64,000 nt of DNA from an uncultured Pelagibacteraceae bacterium (GTDB taxonomy: Bacteria; Pseudomonadota; Alphaproteobacteria; Pelagibacterales; Pelagibacteraceae): assembly GCA_902521675.1 (NCBI GenBank), contig CABYSP010000003.1, forward strand, positions 4,065 to 68,064, read 5' to 3'. Below, one piece after another: positions 9,509-19,883 of the stretch. The notes beneath the pieces were generated by a model, which did no database searches, was not told the origin of the DNA, and saw nothing but the letters and a program-made list of their open reading frames with translations. The position numbers and the translations under genes are program-made. Position 1 is the first letter of the stretch, and each line of letters opens with the position of its first letter.

Positions 9509-9936
9509 TTTTTTTTAGTTTTAAAGTCAATACCATACTCTGATCTTGGTCCTTTCCTTAGCCCAAATGGACCTGAGATAAACAAAGTTAATGGTTTGGT
9601 TCCTGGTTCCAAATCCACGCGATGTAAGTTATTTGCTGATCTGAAACCAATATACCCTGGTGGACGCCAAAACTTGCCAGTGCTTAACGTTTCCCAATAA
9701 CCCCCTCTTAAAATTATAGTAATATATGGAAATGTGTGATTATGAACTCCTTCTCCATGATCATCTGCTAGCATCTCATGAATTAATATATTGAACGGAA
9801 ACCATTTGGGTCGATGCCTCATCAAAACATAGTAACGGTTCATCCAAGGCTTAGCTTCTTTAAAATTAGGATGTGAGGGTCCTCTATCTAATACAACTTT
9901 TTTTCTGCCGATCTTTTCTAAAAATTTTAGGAGCAT
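9505..9936 (-). CDS. cupin-like hypothetical protein
   Basis: HNHTFPYITIILRGGYWE ... LHRV resembles a cupin metal-binding motif. Confidence 0.65.
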   Translation of the reverse strand: MLLKFLEKIGRKKVVLDRGPSHPNFKEAKPWMNRYYVLMRHRPKWFPFNILIHEMLADDHGEGVHNHTFPYITIILRGGYWETLSTGKFWRPPGYIGFRSANNLHRVDLEPGTKPLTLFISGPFGLRKGPRSEYGIDFKTKKN

Positions 9937-9938
9937 AT

Positions 9939-11237
9939 TTAGTTATATTGTACAATTGAACCATTTCTTACTACATATAAATTATTGTTAAATATAAACG
10001 GTTCAGAAACCAATCCGCCAGAAACTTTTTCAATTTTAATTATTTTTCCATCTTCAATCCCGGCTATGATTATTTTACCATCAGAGTTAGTTAAAAATAA
10101 TTTTTTATTCCCAATAACAAAACCAATAGGATTAATATTTTTTCTTTTTTTGTCTTTGTAATTCTTATAAAGATCGGTAACTCTTATTATATTACCTTTG
10201 TTTTTATCTAACAAATACAAATAACCCTCTTCAGAAATTGTGAATATTAGGTTTCCTACTAGAATAGGCATAATATTTGAATTAATTTCTTTTATCCAGT
10301 TAGTGGAACCTGTTTTTAAATCAATGGAATAAAACTCATTTTTATTATTTGAAAAAAATATTGAATTTCCATCAGATACAAGTTTTGAAACTTTGAAATT
10401 ATACGTTTCATTTATTATGGAACTAGTTTGTGTGGGTAATTGCCATATAATCAATCCTGTTTCAATTTCAGCAGCAGTGATATCACCTATAGAATTACTA
10501 AAAATAACATTTTCATTTAAAATTATTAAAGAATTTTTTATATTAGAGATAGTGAATGAGTTTTCTGTTTGTAATTTCCAGCATTCGGAGCCATCGTCAA
10601 TTTTATAACACCTAAGTGTATTTTTTAAATCAACTACGAATATTCTGTCTTTATACTTTTTAATTTCAGAATTAAAAGGGTAGATATTATTTTTGGACCA
10701 ATTAAGTTCTCCAGAGTTAATATTTATAGAATAGTATTTTGATATACTGTCAGCTACCAAAAGATTTTCTTTATCTAATAGAAAATTAAGCCTTGGTTTT
10801 AGTTTTTTTTCAGCTTTTGAGTAATAATTTTTTTTCCAGACAACTTTATTATTATTATTATATCTAATTATTGAACCTTTTTTATCGAAAAATATAATAC
10901 CGTCTTTAAAAAAAATTGGCTTAAAATCTAACTGATTAACTTCCCCTAATTTTGAAAATTTAAAATTACCAATCTTTTTAAGATCGCCTTTATAATATTG
11001 AGAACCAAAATTATTTTGATTATCAATTATTTTTTTACTTGTTTTTAAAGATGATAAATCTATCACTGCAGTTTCATTAAATTCTGAAACAACTTTTTTT
11101 TCTTTTATATCAATTTTTGTTATTTTTTTTTCACTATCTAACTTTTTTTCTTTGTCTTTCCAGATTCTAGAGTTTTCATTAAATGAACAGTTATTAAGAA
11201 AAAATAATGCAATGAAAGTAAAAATTAATTTATTCAC
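9939..11237 (-). CDS. PQQ-type beta-propeller lipoprotein (BamB-like)
   Basis: Lipoprotein-like signal (FLNNC); repeated ...GELNW / GLIIW / GSTNW blades; downstream of a YfgM-like gene. Confidence 0.75.
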   Translation of the reverse strand: MNKLIFTFIALFFLNNCSFNENSRIWKDKEKKLDSEKKITKIDIKEKKVVSEFNETAVIDLSSLKTSKKIIDNQNNFGSQYYKGDLKKIGNFKFSKLGEVNQLDFKPIFFKDGIIFFDKKGSIIRYNNNNKVVWKKNYYSKAEKKLKPRLNFLLDKENLLVADSISKYYSININSGELNWSKNNIYPFNSEIKKYKDRIFVVDLKNTLRCYKIDDGSECWKLQTENSFTISNIKNSLIILNENVIFSNSIGDITAAEIETGLIIWQLPTQTSSIINETYNFKVSKLVSDGNSIFFSNNKNEFYSIDLKTGSTNWIKEINSNIMPILVGNLIFTISEEGYLYLLDKNKGNIIRVTDLYKNYKDKKRKNINPIGFVIGNKKLFLTNSDGKIIIAGIEDGKIIKIEKVSGGLVSEPFIFNNNLYVVRNGSIVQYN

Positions 11238-11874
11238 TCAAGTCTCTGTTCAATCTTTTCTCTGCTTGAAGCCTTAACTCAGGATTTGAATTTTCTAAAG
11301 CTATTATCTGATTGAAAAACTCTTTAGCTTTTTGTTTTTCATTATTTGCATAAAAATATTCTGCAATTAAATATAAAGAATGTGATTTCCAAACACTTTT
11401 TGAATTAATCAATGGATTTAACATATTTAGAAGATCGCCCTCTTGAGCGTTATCTGCATTGTAGAGTGCCTTTTTGTATATAATTAAGTTATTTATCTCA
11501 CTGTCTAATGAAGTATCATTTATCAATACATCAAATAATGAATTGATTTTTGACTGATCACTTACAAGATTATTATCGATGATGAAATAAAGAGATAAAG
11601 GTGAATAAGTTGGATCTTTCTTGTTTACAATTTCAATCAGACTACTAGCTGTTTTTTCTTTTGTTTTTTCTGAATAATCAATGATTATTGAATTATAACT
11701 ATCTGAGATATCTTTTTTTTTATTAATTAAATATTTATCGTAACTAAAAACACCTGCTATAAGAATTATTAAAATAATTATACCTAAAATTATTTTGTTT
11801 TTATTATTTACAAAAAAATTCTTAATTTTTTCATTTCTAGTATTGGTATTAATAATAGATAAATCTTCTTCCAT
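11230..11874 (-). CDS. YfgM-like TPR membrane protein
   Basis: N-terminal TM helix, helical C-terminus; yfgM-bamB-type synteny. Confidence 0.65.
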   Translation of the reverse strand: MEEDLSIINTNTRNEKIKNFFVNNKNKIILGIIILIILIAGVFSYDKYLINKKKDISDSYNSIIIDYSEKTKEKTASSLIEIVNKKDPTYSPLSLYFIIDNNLVSDQSKINSLFDVLINDTSLDSEINNLIIYKKALYNADNAQEGDLLNMLNPLINSKSVWKSHSLYLIAEYFYANNEKQKAKEFFNQIIALENSNPELRLQAEKRLNRDLSE

Positions 11875-11876
11875 AA

Positions 11877-14546
11877 CTAAATCATATTCCTTAAAACGTA
11901 TTGCAGAATACCTCCATTTTTATAATACTCTAATTCATTTTTTGTATCAATTCTGCATAAAGTTTTAATTTTCTTTATTTCGCCAGAAGCATATTTAATT
12001 TCGACTTTCACTTCATCTGAGGGATTAACACCCTTTTCTATATTTAGAATACTAATTAATTCAGAACCAATTAATTTTAAATTGTTTCTATTTACATCGT
12101 CAATAAATTGCAATGGCAATATTCCCATTCCAATTAAATTAGATCGGTGAATTCTTTCAAAACTCTCAGCAATAACAGCTTTTATACCTAATAATTTTGT
12201 CCCTTTAGCTGCCCAATCTCTAGACGATCCAGTTCCATATTCTTTTCCACCAATTACTACTAAATCTGTTCCTCTTTTTTTATATTCAACAACTGCATCA
12301 TAGACTGGAAGAACTTTTTCTTCTGGATATAACTTTGTAAAACCACCTTCTGTACCAGGAGCCATTTCATTTCTAATTCTAATATTTGCAAAAGTTCCTC
12401 GCATCATAACTTCATGATTACCTCTTCTTGAACCATATGAGTTATAATCTTTAGGTAAAATTTGATGTTCCATGAAATATTTTCCAGTTGGACTATCCTT
12501 ATGAATACTGCCAGCTGGTGATATATGGTCAGTAGTAACCATATCACCTAAGATTAATAGTGGTCTTGCATCCTTAATTTCTTTAAATCCTTCTGGCTTA
12601 TCAGGTAACGAGTCAAAAAACGGAGGTTTTTTTACATATGTTGATCCCTCATCCCAATTATAGATACTACTTTTATCAGTTTTAATTTTTTGCCACTGAG
12701 TTGGGCCCTCAGAAACATTTGAGTATCTTTGAACAAACATCTCAGCATTAAGTGAAGCTTTTAAAGTCTCTTCTATCTCTTTATTTGAAGGCCAAATATC
12801 TTTTAGAAATACATCTTTTCCTTCTTTATCTTTTCCTAACGGATCTTTGTATAAATCAACTTCCATATGCCCAGCTATTGCATATGCAACAACAAGTGGA
12901 GGTGAAGCCAGATAGTTAGCTTTTATATGTGGTGAAATTCTTCCCTCAAAATTTCTATTTCCTGATAAAACTGAAACTACATAAATATTTTCTTTCTGGA
13001 TTGCTTCAACAATATTTTCTGGAAGCGGTCCAGAATTTCCAATACAAGTTGTACAGCCATACCCAACTAAATTAAAGCCAAGCTGATCTAAATAAGTGTT
13101 TAATCCAGCTTTTGCCAAATAGTCTGTAACTACTTGAGATCCAGGTGCTAAAGAAGTTTTCACCCAGGGTTTAACTTGCAATCCTTTTTCAATAGCTTTT
13201 TTTGCTAATAATCCAGCCCCAATTAGAACATTTGGATTGGAAGTATTTGTACAAGAAGTTATTGCTGCAATTAATATTGAACCATCTTTGATTTCAAAAT
13301 CTGTATTTGATACTTTTGAAACTGTCTTTTCATTTTTATTTGTAGCTTCCTGTAATACTTTTTTAAACGAACCAGGTGCATCAGTTAAAAGAACTTTATC
13401 TTGAGGTCTTTTAGGACCTGAAATAGTTGGTACAACTGTGGACATATCTAAAGATACAATGTCTGTAAATTCTAATTCGTTACTCGCCCACAGACCTTGT
13501 TCTTTGGCATAATTTTCAACGATATCAACAGTTTGTTGATCTCTTCCTGAAAATTTTAAATATTTTAATGTTTCTTCATCGATAGGAAAAAATCCACAAG
13601 TTGCCCCATATTCTGGCGCCATGTTTGCAATTGTTGCTCTATCCGCAAGTGTTAAATTTTTTAAACCTTCTCCGTAAAACTCAACAAATTTACCGACCAC
13701 TCCTTTATCTCTTAACATTTTAACAACAGTTAATACTAAATCAGTTGCAGTAGTTCCTTCTGGCATTTTATTTTTTAATTCAAAACCAATAACTTCTGGA
13801 ATTAACATAGAAATCGGTTGACCTAACATTCCTGCTTCAGCTTCAATTCCTCCAACTCCCCATCCTAAAACAGATAAACCATTTACCATTGTTGTATGAC
13901 TGTCTGTTCCGACTAAAGTATCTGGAAAAAGATATTTTTCTCCTTTAAATTCTTCTGACCAAACAACTTTTGACAAATATTCTAGATTTACTTGGTGACA
14001 AATTCCTGTTCCTGGTGGAACTATTCTAAAATTATCAAATGCCTGTTGTCCCCATTTTAAAAAAGAATATCTCTCACCATTTCTTTCAAATTCTATATCG
14101 ACATTTTTTTCAAAAGAATCTGCTTTTGCAGATTGGTCGACTTGTACAGAGTGATCAATTACAAGATCAACTGCAGATAACGGATTGATAGTATTTGGAT
14201 CTTTATTTTTCTCTTTGACTGCTTCTCTCATTGCAGCTAAATCTGCTACCGCAGGTATTCCCGTATAATCTTGAAGCAAAACTCTTGCTGGTCTATATGC
14301 AATTTCAGTTTTAGATTTTTTTGTCTTTAGCCAGTTTTTAATCGCTTCTATTTGAGATTTCGTTACACTTAAATCGTCTTCGTATCTTAATAAATTTTCT
14401 AGCAAAACTTTAAGAGATTTTGGAAGTTTATTTATTCCTTCGAGTCCATTTTTTTCTGCTTCATTTAATGAGTAATAATTATACTCCTTGTCATTAACTG
14501 TGATTTTTTTAAGTGAATTATAAGAATTTTTGTTTCCTGGGGTCAT
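11877..14546 (-). CDS. acnA: aconitate hydratase A
   Basis: PARVLLQDYTG, DSHTTM, AAITSCTNTSNP, GYGCTTCIGNSG, YGTGSSRDWAAKG. Confidence 0.98.
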   Translation of the reverse strand: MTPGNKNSYNSLKKITVNDKEYNYYSLNEAEKNGLEGINKLPKSLKVLLENLLRYEDDLSVTKSQIEAIKNWLKTKKSKTEIAYRPARVLLQDYTGIPAVADLAAMREAVKEKNKDPNTINPLSAVDLVIDHSVQVDQSAKADSFEKNVDIEFERNGERYSFLKWGQQAFDNFRIVPPGTGICHQVNLEYLSKVVWSEEFKGEKYLFPDTLVGTDSHTTMVNGLSVLGWGVGGIEAEAGMLGQPISMLIPEVIGFELKNKMPEGTTATDLVLTVVKMLRDKGVVGKFVEFYGEGLKNLTLADRATIANMAPEYGATCGFFPIDEETLKYLKFSGRDQQTVDIVENYAKEQGLWASNELEFTDIVSLDMSTVVPTISGPKRPQDKVLLTDAPGSFKKVLQEATNKNEKTVSKVSNTDFEIKDGSILIAAITSCTNTSNPNVLIGAGLLAKKAIEKGLQVKPWVKTSLAPGSQVVTDYLAKAGLNTYLDQLGFNLVGYGCTTCIGNSGPLPENIVEAIQKENIYVVSVLSGNRNFEGRISPHIKANYLASPPLVVAYAIAGHMEVDLYKDPLGKDKEGKDVFLKDIWPSNKEIEETLKASLNAEMFVQRYSNVSEGPTQWQKIKTDKSSIYNWDEGSTYVKKPPFFDSLPDKPEGFKEIKDARPLLILGDMVTTDHISPAGSIHKDSPTGKYFMEHQILPKDYNSYGSRRGNHEVMMRGTFANIRIRNEMAPGTEGGFTKLYPEEKVLPVYDAVVEYKKRGTDLVVIGGKEYGTGSSRDWAAKGTKLLGIKAVIAESFERIHRSNLIGMGILPLQFIDDVNRNNLKLIGSELISILNIEKGVNPSDEVKVEIKYASGEIKKIKTLCRIDTKNELEYYKNGGILQYVLRNMI

Positions 14547-14547
14547 A

Positions 14548-15141
14548 TTATAAATAAAAAGTTATTATGCTTGTTAAAAGAAGCAGTGACATAGCATAAT
14601 TAAAGTAATTAATAAATTTCTGATTTGTCGCAAATTTCCTGAAAAATTTACCTAAAAAAGTCCACAGAGTTATACTAGTCACTGAAACAATTAAGGCCAT
14701 AATTATAATTTGAGTCGTATAACTTACAAAGGTTTCACCTGGATTAATATAAGTTGAGACAAGAATAATTGATGCAATAACCCCTTTGGGATTTAAAAAC
14801 TGAAAAATAAAAGTTTCATGAAACTTAATTAAATTTTTATTTTTATTTTCCTGATCTGAAGGTCCTGAAAAAGAAATTTTGTATGCTAAATAAATTAAAA
14901 ATAGAGTTCCTAAATATTTTAATACCTCTTGTATTAAAGGATAAAGCTTAAAAATATTAATCAGGCCTAGAGCTAAACATAATAACAAAAATGGAAATCC
15001 TAAAGTTACACCAATTATATGCGGTAATGTTCTAAGAATACCAAAATTGAAACCGGAATAAAAAGCAACGAAATTATTTGGTCCAGGAGTAAATGCTGCA
15101 ACAATTCCAAATAAAGTTATAGAAAGAATTTCAGGATGCAT
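14548..15141 (-). CDS. LysE family translocator
   Basis: FTPGPNN, FQFLNPKG; about 6 TM helices. Confidence 0.88.
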   Translation of the reverse strand: MHPEILSITLFGIVAAFTPGPNNFVAFYSGFNFGILRTLPHIIGVTLGFPFLLLCLALGLINIFKLYPLIQEVLKYLGTLFLIYLAYKISFSGPSDQENKNKNLIKFHETFIFQFLNPKGVIASIILVSTYINPGETFVSYTTQIIIMALIVSVTSITLWTFLGKFFRKFATNQKFINYFNYAMSLLLLTSIITFYL

Positions 15142-15143
15142 TA

Positions 15144-15488
15144 CTAAGCAATCGGTAATCCGTTTTCTGCTTTTTGAGAAGGATGGACAAGTGTAACTTT
15201 GCCATCGGCATCAATTGCTCCTAAAACCAACACTTGAGAAACTATTCCAGCAATATTTTTTTCAGGAAAATTACAGACGGCAATAACTTGTTTTCCTTTT
15301 AAATTCTCCTCATTATAATAATGAGTAATTTGAGCTGAAGATTGTTTAATACCAATTTCACTTCCAAAATCAACTTCAACCACTAAAGATGGCTTTCTTG
15401 CCTTTTCATTTTTTTTTACAGAAATTACAGTACCAATTCTAATATCTACTTTATCAAAATCATTATAGGTAATTTGCTCTTTAATCAT
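15144..15488 (-). CDS. csaA: tRNA-binding / chaperone CsaA
   Basis: DFDKVDIRIGTV, KQSSAQIT, NFPEKNIAG..SQVLVLG. Confidence 0.9.
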   Translation of the reverse strand: MIKEQITYNDFDKVDIRIGTVISVKKNEKARKPSLVVEVDFGSEIGIKQSSAQITHYYNEENLKGKQVIAVCNFPEKNIAGIVSQVLVLGAIDADGKVTLVHPSQKAENGLPIA

Positions 15489-15512
15489 AATATAATATAG
15501 TGTTTTAAGTTT

Positions 15513-16691
15513 ATGAGTATAGATAACAATTTATATGAAAAATCAATCAAGATTTTAACTGACTTAATCGCATTTAAAACTATCTCAGGGCAAGATAACA
15601 GTAATTTAATTGACTATTGTGAACAAATTTTAAATAACATCGGAATAGATACTTTCAAAGTTTATGATGATGATAAAAAAAGAGTAAATCTTTTTGGAAC
15701 TTTAAAAGCAAAAAATCAAAGCACAAAAAAACCAATTATATTATCTGGTCACACTGATGTGGTTCCTGTATCTAAAGGTTGGAGCAGTGATCCATTTGTT
15801 GCAACCATTAAAAATGATAAATTATATGGAAGAGGCTCATGTGATATGAAAGGTTTTATAGCATGTACACTTGCTTATGCACCTATCTTCAAAGAAAGTA
15901 ATTTAGATAGAGACTTGCATTTTTGTTACACATTTGATGAGGAGACTGCATGTATCGGAGCTCCTTTATTAATAGAGGAATTGAAAAAAAGAGAAATCAA
16001 AAATGGAATTTGTATAATTGGTGAACCAACTAAAATGAAAATTATTGATGCCCACAAAGGTATGAATGAATATACAGTTCACTTTGGAGGACTTGCGGGA
16101 CATAGTTCTAAACCACATTTAGGAGTAAATGCAGCTGAATATGCTACTAGATATGTTGGAAAACTTTTAGAAATTAGAGAAGAATTAAAAAAAAGAGTTC
16201 AAAAAGATAGTATTTTTGATCCTCCACATTCAACTCTATCAATTGGTGGAATTAAAGGTGGTATTGCTCATAATGTCATTGCTGATAAATGTAGTGTTGA
16301 ATGGGAAACAAGACCAGTTGTTAAAGAAGATGGAGAATTTGTTACGAAAGAAATTGATAAATATACAAATGAAGTACTTCTACCAGCAATGAAAAAAGTA
16401 TTTCCAGATTCTTATATTAAAAAAGAAGTGATAGGTGAAGTTGTTGGTTTTAACAGATTAGATGAGTCCGAAGCATGTGAATTTGTATCAAATATAACTG
16501 GTGATAATTCTAGAGAAGTAGTTTCTTTTGGAACAGAGGCTGGTTTATTTCAAGAACTTGGAATCAGTACTGTTGTTTGTGGACCTGGATCAATAGAACA
16601 GGCTCACAAAATTGACGAGTTCATAGAATTAAATGAAATGAAAAAGTGCCTTAAGTTTTTAGAAGGTGTAAAAGAAAAATCAGTAAATTAA
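15513..16691 (+). CDS. argE: acetylornithine deacetylase-like M20 amidohydrolase
   Basis: LSGHTDVVP, GRGSCDMKGF, DEE, GEPT, GTEAG, QAHKIDE. Confidence 0.85.
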   Translation: MSIDNNLYEKSIKILTDLIAFKTISGQDNSNLIDYCEQILNNIGIDTFKVYDDDKKRVNLFGTLKAKNQSTKKPIILSGHTDVVPVSKGWSSDPFVATIKNDKLYGRGSCDMKGFIACTLAYAPIFKESNLDRDLHFCYTFDEETACIGAPLLIEELKKREIKNGICIIGEPTKMKIIDAHKGMNEYTVHFGGLAGHSSKPHLGVNAAEYATRYVGKLLEIREELKKRVQKDSIFDPPHSTLSIGGIKGGIAHNVIADKCSVEWETRPVVKEDGEFVTKEIDKYTNEVLLPAMKKVFPDSYIKKEVIGEVVGFNRLDESEACEFVSNITGDNSREVVSFGTEAGLFQELGISTVVCGPGSIEQAHKIDEFIELNEMKKCLKFLEGVKEKSVN

Positions 16692-18121
16692 CTCCAACCA
16701 CCTACAGCTTTTACTTCTAAAAACTCTTCTAAACCGTGTTCACCTGCTTCTCGACCTATTCCAGAATGTTTAAAACCACCGAAAGGTGCATCAACTGCAA
16801 TACCAGCTCCATTAACATCAACCATTCCAGATCTTAATTTTCTTGCAACTCTTTGTACTTTTTGAGAGTCTTGGGTTTGGATATAGTTCGTTAGTCCATA
16901 TGAAGTATCATTTGCAATTTTAATTGCATCTTCTTCTGTTTCAAATGGAATAACAGATAAAACAGGTCCAAAAATTTCTGTTCTTGCAACTTCCATATCA
17001 TTATTTACATCTGCAAAAACAGTTGGTTTAACAAAGTAACCTTTGTCTAATCCATCAGGTTTACCTGTTCCTCCAGCTACTAATTTTGCACCTTCATCTA
17101 TTCCTTTTTGGATTAAAGTTTGTATTTTGTTGTATTGAGTTTCTGAAATAACTGGACCTATATGTTCTCCTTCTTTTTTAGGATCTCCCACCTCAAATCT
17201 TTCAGTATATTTTTTTAATCTCTCAATAGCTTCTTCATACATTGATTTTTCAACTAACATTCTTGTCGGTGCATTACAAGATTGTCCAGAATTTCTAAAA
17301 CATCTTAAAGCACCTCTTTCAATAGCTTCTGGATCAGCATCTTTAAAAATTATATTTGCACCCTTGCCACCTAATTCTAAGCTTACTCTTTTAAAATCTT
17401 TAGCAGCATTTTGTGAAATCAAAGCTCCCGCTCTTGTTGATCCTGTAAAAGAAATCATATTAATATCTGGATGACTTGTAAGAGCATCACCAGTTGTTGC
17501 TCCATCACCATTAACTAAATTGAACACACCTTTTGGAAATTTTACTTCATCAATAATTTCAGCCAGTATCATTGATGAGAGTGGTGCTAATTCTGATGGC
17601 TTTAAAACCATAGTGCAGCCTGCAGCTATTGCTGGCATTACTTTTAAACAAACTTGGTTCATCGGCCAATTCCATGGTGTTATTAATGCACAAACACCTT
17701 TTGGTTCATATATTAATCTTTGGTTGGGAGCATGATCTCCTAAAGGTTTTTCAAATTCAAAATTTTTTAAATATCTAATGAACGATTTAATATGACTTGC
17801 TCCCGTGCCAGCTTGTAATTTTGTTGCAAAGTCTTTTGGAGCACCCATCTCAAGAGTTATAGCTTCTGCAATATCTGCCCATCTTTTCTTATAATTTCCA
17901 TAAAGTTTTTCTAGAAATAAAATTCTTTCTTCTTTAGAGGAGAAGGACCAAGACTCATAGGCGTCTTTAGCTGCATTAACAGCAATATCAACATCAGCTT
18001 TGTTCCCTAAAGTAATTACTGCACAATTTTCTTCTGTCGCAGGATCAATTACTTTAATTTCCTCAGAACTATTTGGCTTAACCCACGCTCCATTAATGTA
18101 AAATTTTTTTTTGTCTAACAT
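16688..18121 (-). CDS. aldehyde dehydrogenase
   Basis: ITPWNWP, FTGSTRAG, LELGGK, GQSCNA, EIFGPV. Confidence 0.92.
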   Translation of the reverse strand: MLDKKKFYINGAWVKPNSSEEIKVIDPATEENCAVITLGNKADVDIAVNAAKDAYESWSFSSKEERILFLEKLYGNYKKRWADIAEAITLEMGAPKDFATKLQAGTGASHIKSFIRYLKNFEFEKPLGDHAPNQRLIYEPKGVCALITPWNWPMNQVCLKVMPAIAAGCTMVLKPSELAPLSSMILAEIIDEVKFPKGVFNLVNGDGATTGDALTSHPDINMISFTGSTRAGALISQNAAKDFKRVSLELGGKGANIIFKDADPEAIERGALRCFRNSGQSCNAPTRMLVEKSMYEEAIERLKKYTERFEVGDPKKEGEHIGPVISETQYNKIQTLIQKGIDEGAKLVAGGTGKPDGLDKGYFVKPTVFADVNNDMEVARTEIFGPVLSVIPFETEEDAIKIANDTSYGLTNYIQTQDSQKVQRVARKLRSGMVDVNGAGIAVDAPFGGFKHSGIGREAGEHGLEEFLEVKAVGGWS

Positions 18122-18141
18122 GTTTTGAGGTTATCCTTTCT

Positions 18142-19101
18142 TTATTTTTTTGCAAATAAATTAGTTAATTCATAAACAATAGTTGCTGCTGCTAAAGAAG
18201 TTACTTCTGCATGATCGTATGCTGGAGAAACCTCAACAACATCAGCTGAAACTAAATTTAATCCAGATAAACCTCTTAAAACATTTACCATTTCTCTTGT
18301 GGTCATCCCTGCAATTTCTGGTGTACCAGTGCCTGGAGCAAATGCAGGATCTAAAACATCAATGTCTATTGATAAATATAAAGGATTGTCTCCTACTCTT
18401 TTTCTAATTCTTTCTGCTATTTTATCGGTTCCTTCTGTTTGAAACTCGTCGCAATGTATTATTTTAAATCCAAAACTTTCATCATTTCTAATATCATCTC
18501 TACTGTAAAGTGGGCCTCGAATTCCAACATGCATAGAAGCATCATCTAAAAATAATCCTTCTTCTCTAGCCCTTCTAAAGGGAGTTCCATGAGTATAAGG
18601 TGCACCAAAATATGTGTCCCAAGTATCTAAGTGGGCATCAAAATGAACTAATGATACAGGGCCTTTATTTTTTTTATTAATTGCTCTTAACAGTGGTACA
18701 GCAATAGTATGGTCTCCACCTAAGCTTATAATTCCTCCAACCTTATTTAATAAATCTGTTGCGCCTACTTCTATTTGTTTAATTGCTTCATCAATACTAA
18801 ATGGATTGCAAGCGATATCACCAGCATCAGCAACTTGTTGGATTTTAAAAGGCTCAACGTCATAATTAGGATGATAATTAGTTCTCAAATGTCTAGATGC
18901 TTGTCTGATACTTTGAGGACCAAATCTTGCTCCAGGTCGATAGCTTGTGCCAGCATCAAACGGAATTCCAACAATTGCAACGTCACAACTTTCTACATCT
19001 CTTAGTTCAGGAAGTCTTGCAAAAGTACTTGGGCCAGCAAATCTTGGTACTTTAGTTCCACTAACTGGTTGAATTGGATTATTGTTTCTTTCTTTTTTCA
19101 T
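18142..19101 (-). CDS. speB: agmatinase / ureohydrolase
   Basis: GGDHT, DAHLD, SIDIDVLDPAFAPGTGTP. Confidence 0.88.
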   Translation of the reverse strand: MKKERNNNPIQPVSGTKVPRFAGPSTFARLPELRDVESCDVAIVGIPFDAGTSYRPGARFGPQSIRQASRHLRTNYHPNYDVEPFKIQQVADAGDIACNPFSIDEAIKQIEVGATDLLNKVGGIISLGGDHTIAVPLLRAINKKNKGPVSLVHFDAHLDTWDTYFGAPYTHGTPFRRAREEGLFLDDASMHVGIRGPLYSRDDIRNDESFGFKIIHCDEFQTEGTDKIAERIRKRVGDNPLYLSIDIDVLDPAFAPGTGTPEIAGMTTREMVNVLRGLSGLNLVSADVVEVSPAYDHAEVTSLAAATIVYELTNLFAKK

Positions 19102-19154
19102 TTTTTAATAATCTAAGATAATATTATCTGATCTAATTCGTCTATAATAATTTA

Positions 19155-19883
19155 ATGAAAATTTTATTATTATTTATTCTTATTTTTCATATTTTGCATG
19201 TAAATGCTGATGAAATTTATAATCTGATAAAAATTCCAAATTTAGAAATTTATAAATTAAAAAACGATAACAATATTCGTTATTTAAGTGCTAAAGGTAA
19301 TTTTAAAATTGGTGCAAGCAAGAACATTACTTGTGACAAAGTTAATATAAACAATTTGAATACAAAATTTCCTTTAATTGAAAAAAATCTTAATCAATAT
19401 AATTCTGATTTTCTTAATAAGATAAAATTAAAATATATTGTATTTTGTGAAAATTTATTCATCTCTGAAATTAATACTGGGGGAGTACCTGATAATAAAA
19501 ACAGAACTTTAATTTTAGATATTAATTTTAATAAAAAGTATTTTGAAAGAATGATACACCACGAAATTTTTCATATGATACAAAATACTTACCTTGAATA
19601 TTTTGATGAGGATAAATTTTCTTCTTTTAATCTAAAGTCATTTAATTATGCTGAATGTTCAACTTGTTCTGATAGATTAAATTTGGATCTATATGAAAAA
19701 ACTGATGGTTTTTTGACAGAATATTCTAAATCTATCCCATCTGAAGATATGGCAGAAATTTTTTCATTTTTAATGACTGATAAAGAAATAATTGAAGATA
19801 AAATTAATAGTGACAAAATCCTGAATAATAAAGTTAATTTTATAAAACTAAACTTAGCTAAAATAGATAAAAATATTATATGA
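19155..19883 (+). CDS. secreted putative zinc metallopeptidase
   Basis: Signal peptide; HHEIFH (HExxH) and downstream YSKS..SEDMAE. Confidence 0.7.
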   Translation: MKILLLFILIFHILHVNADEIYNLIKIPNLEIYKLKNDNNIRYLSAKGNFKIGASKNITCDKVNINNLNTKFPLIEKNLNQYNSDFLNKIKLKYIVFCENLFISEINTGGVPDNKNRTLILDINFNKKYFERMIHHEIFHMIQNTYLEYFDEDKFSSFNLKSFNYAECSTCSDRLNLDLYEKTDGFLTEYSKSIPSEDMAEIFSFLMTDKEIIEDKINSDKILNNKVNFIKLNLAKIDKNII

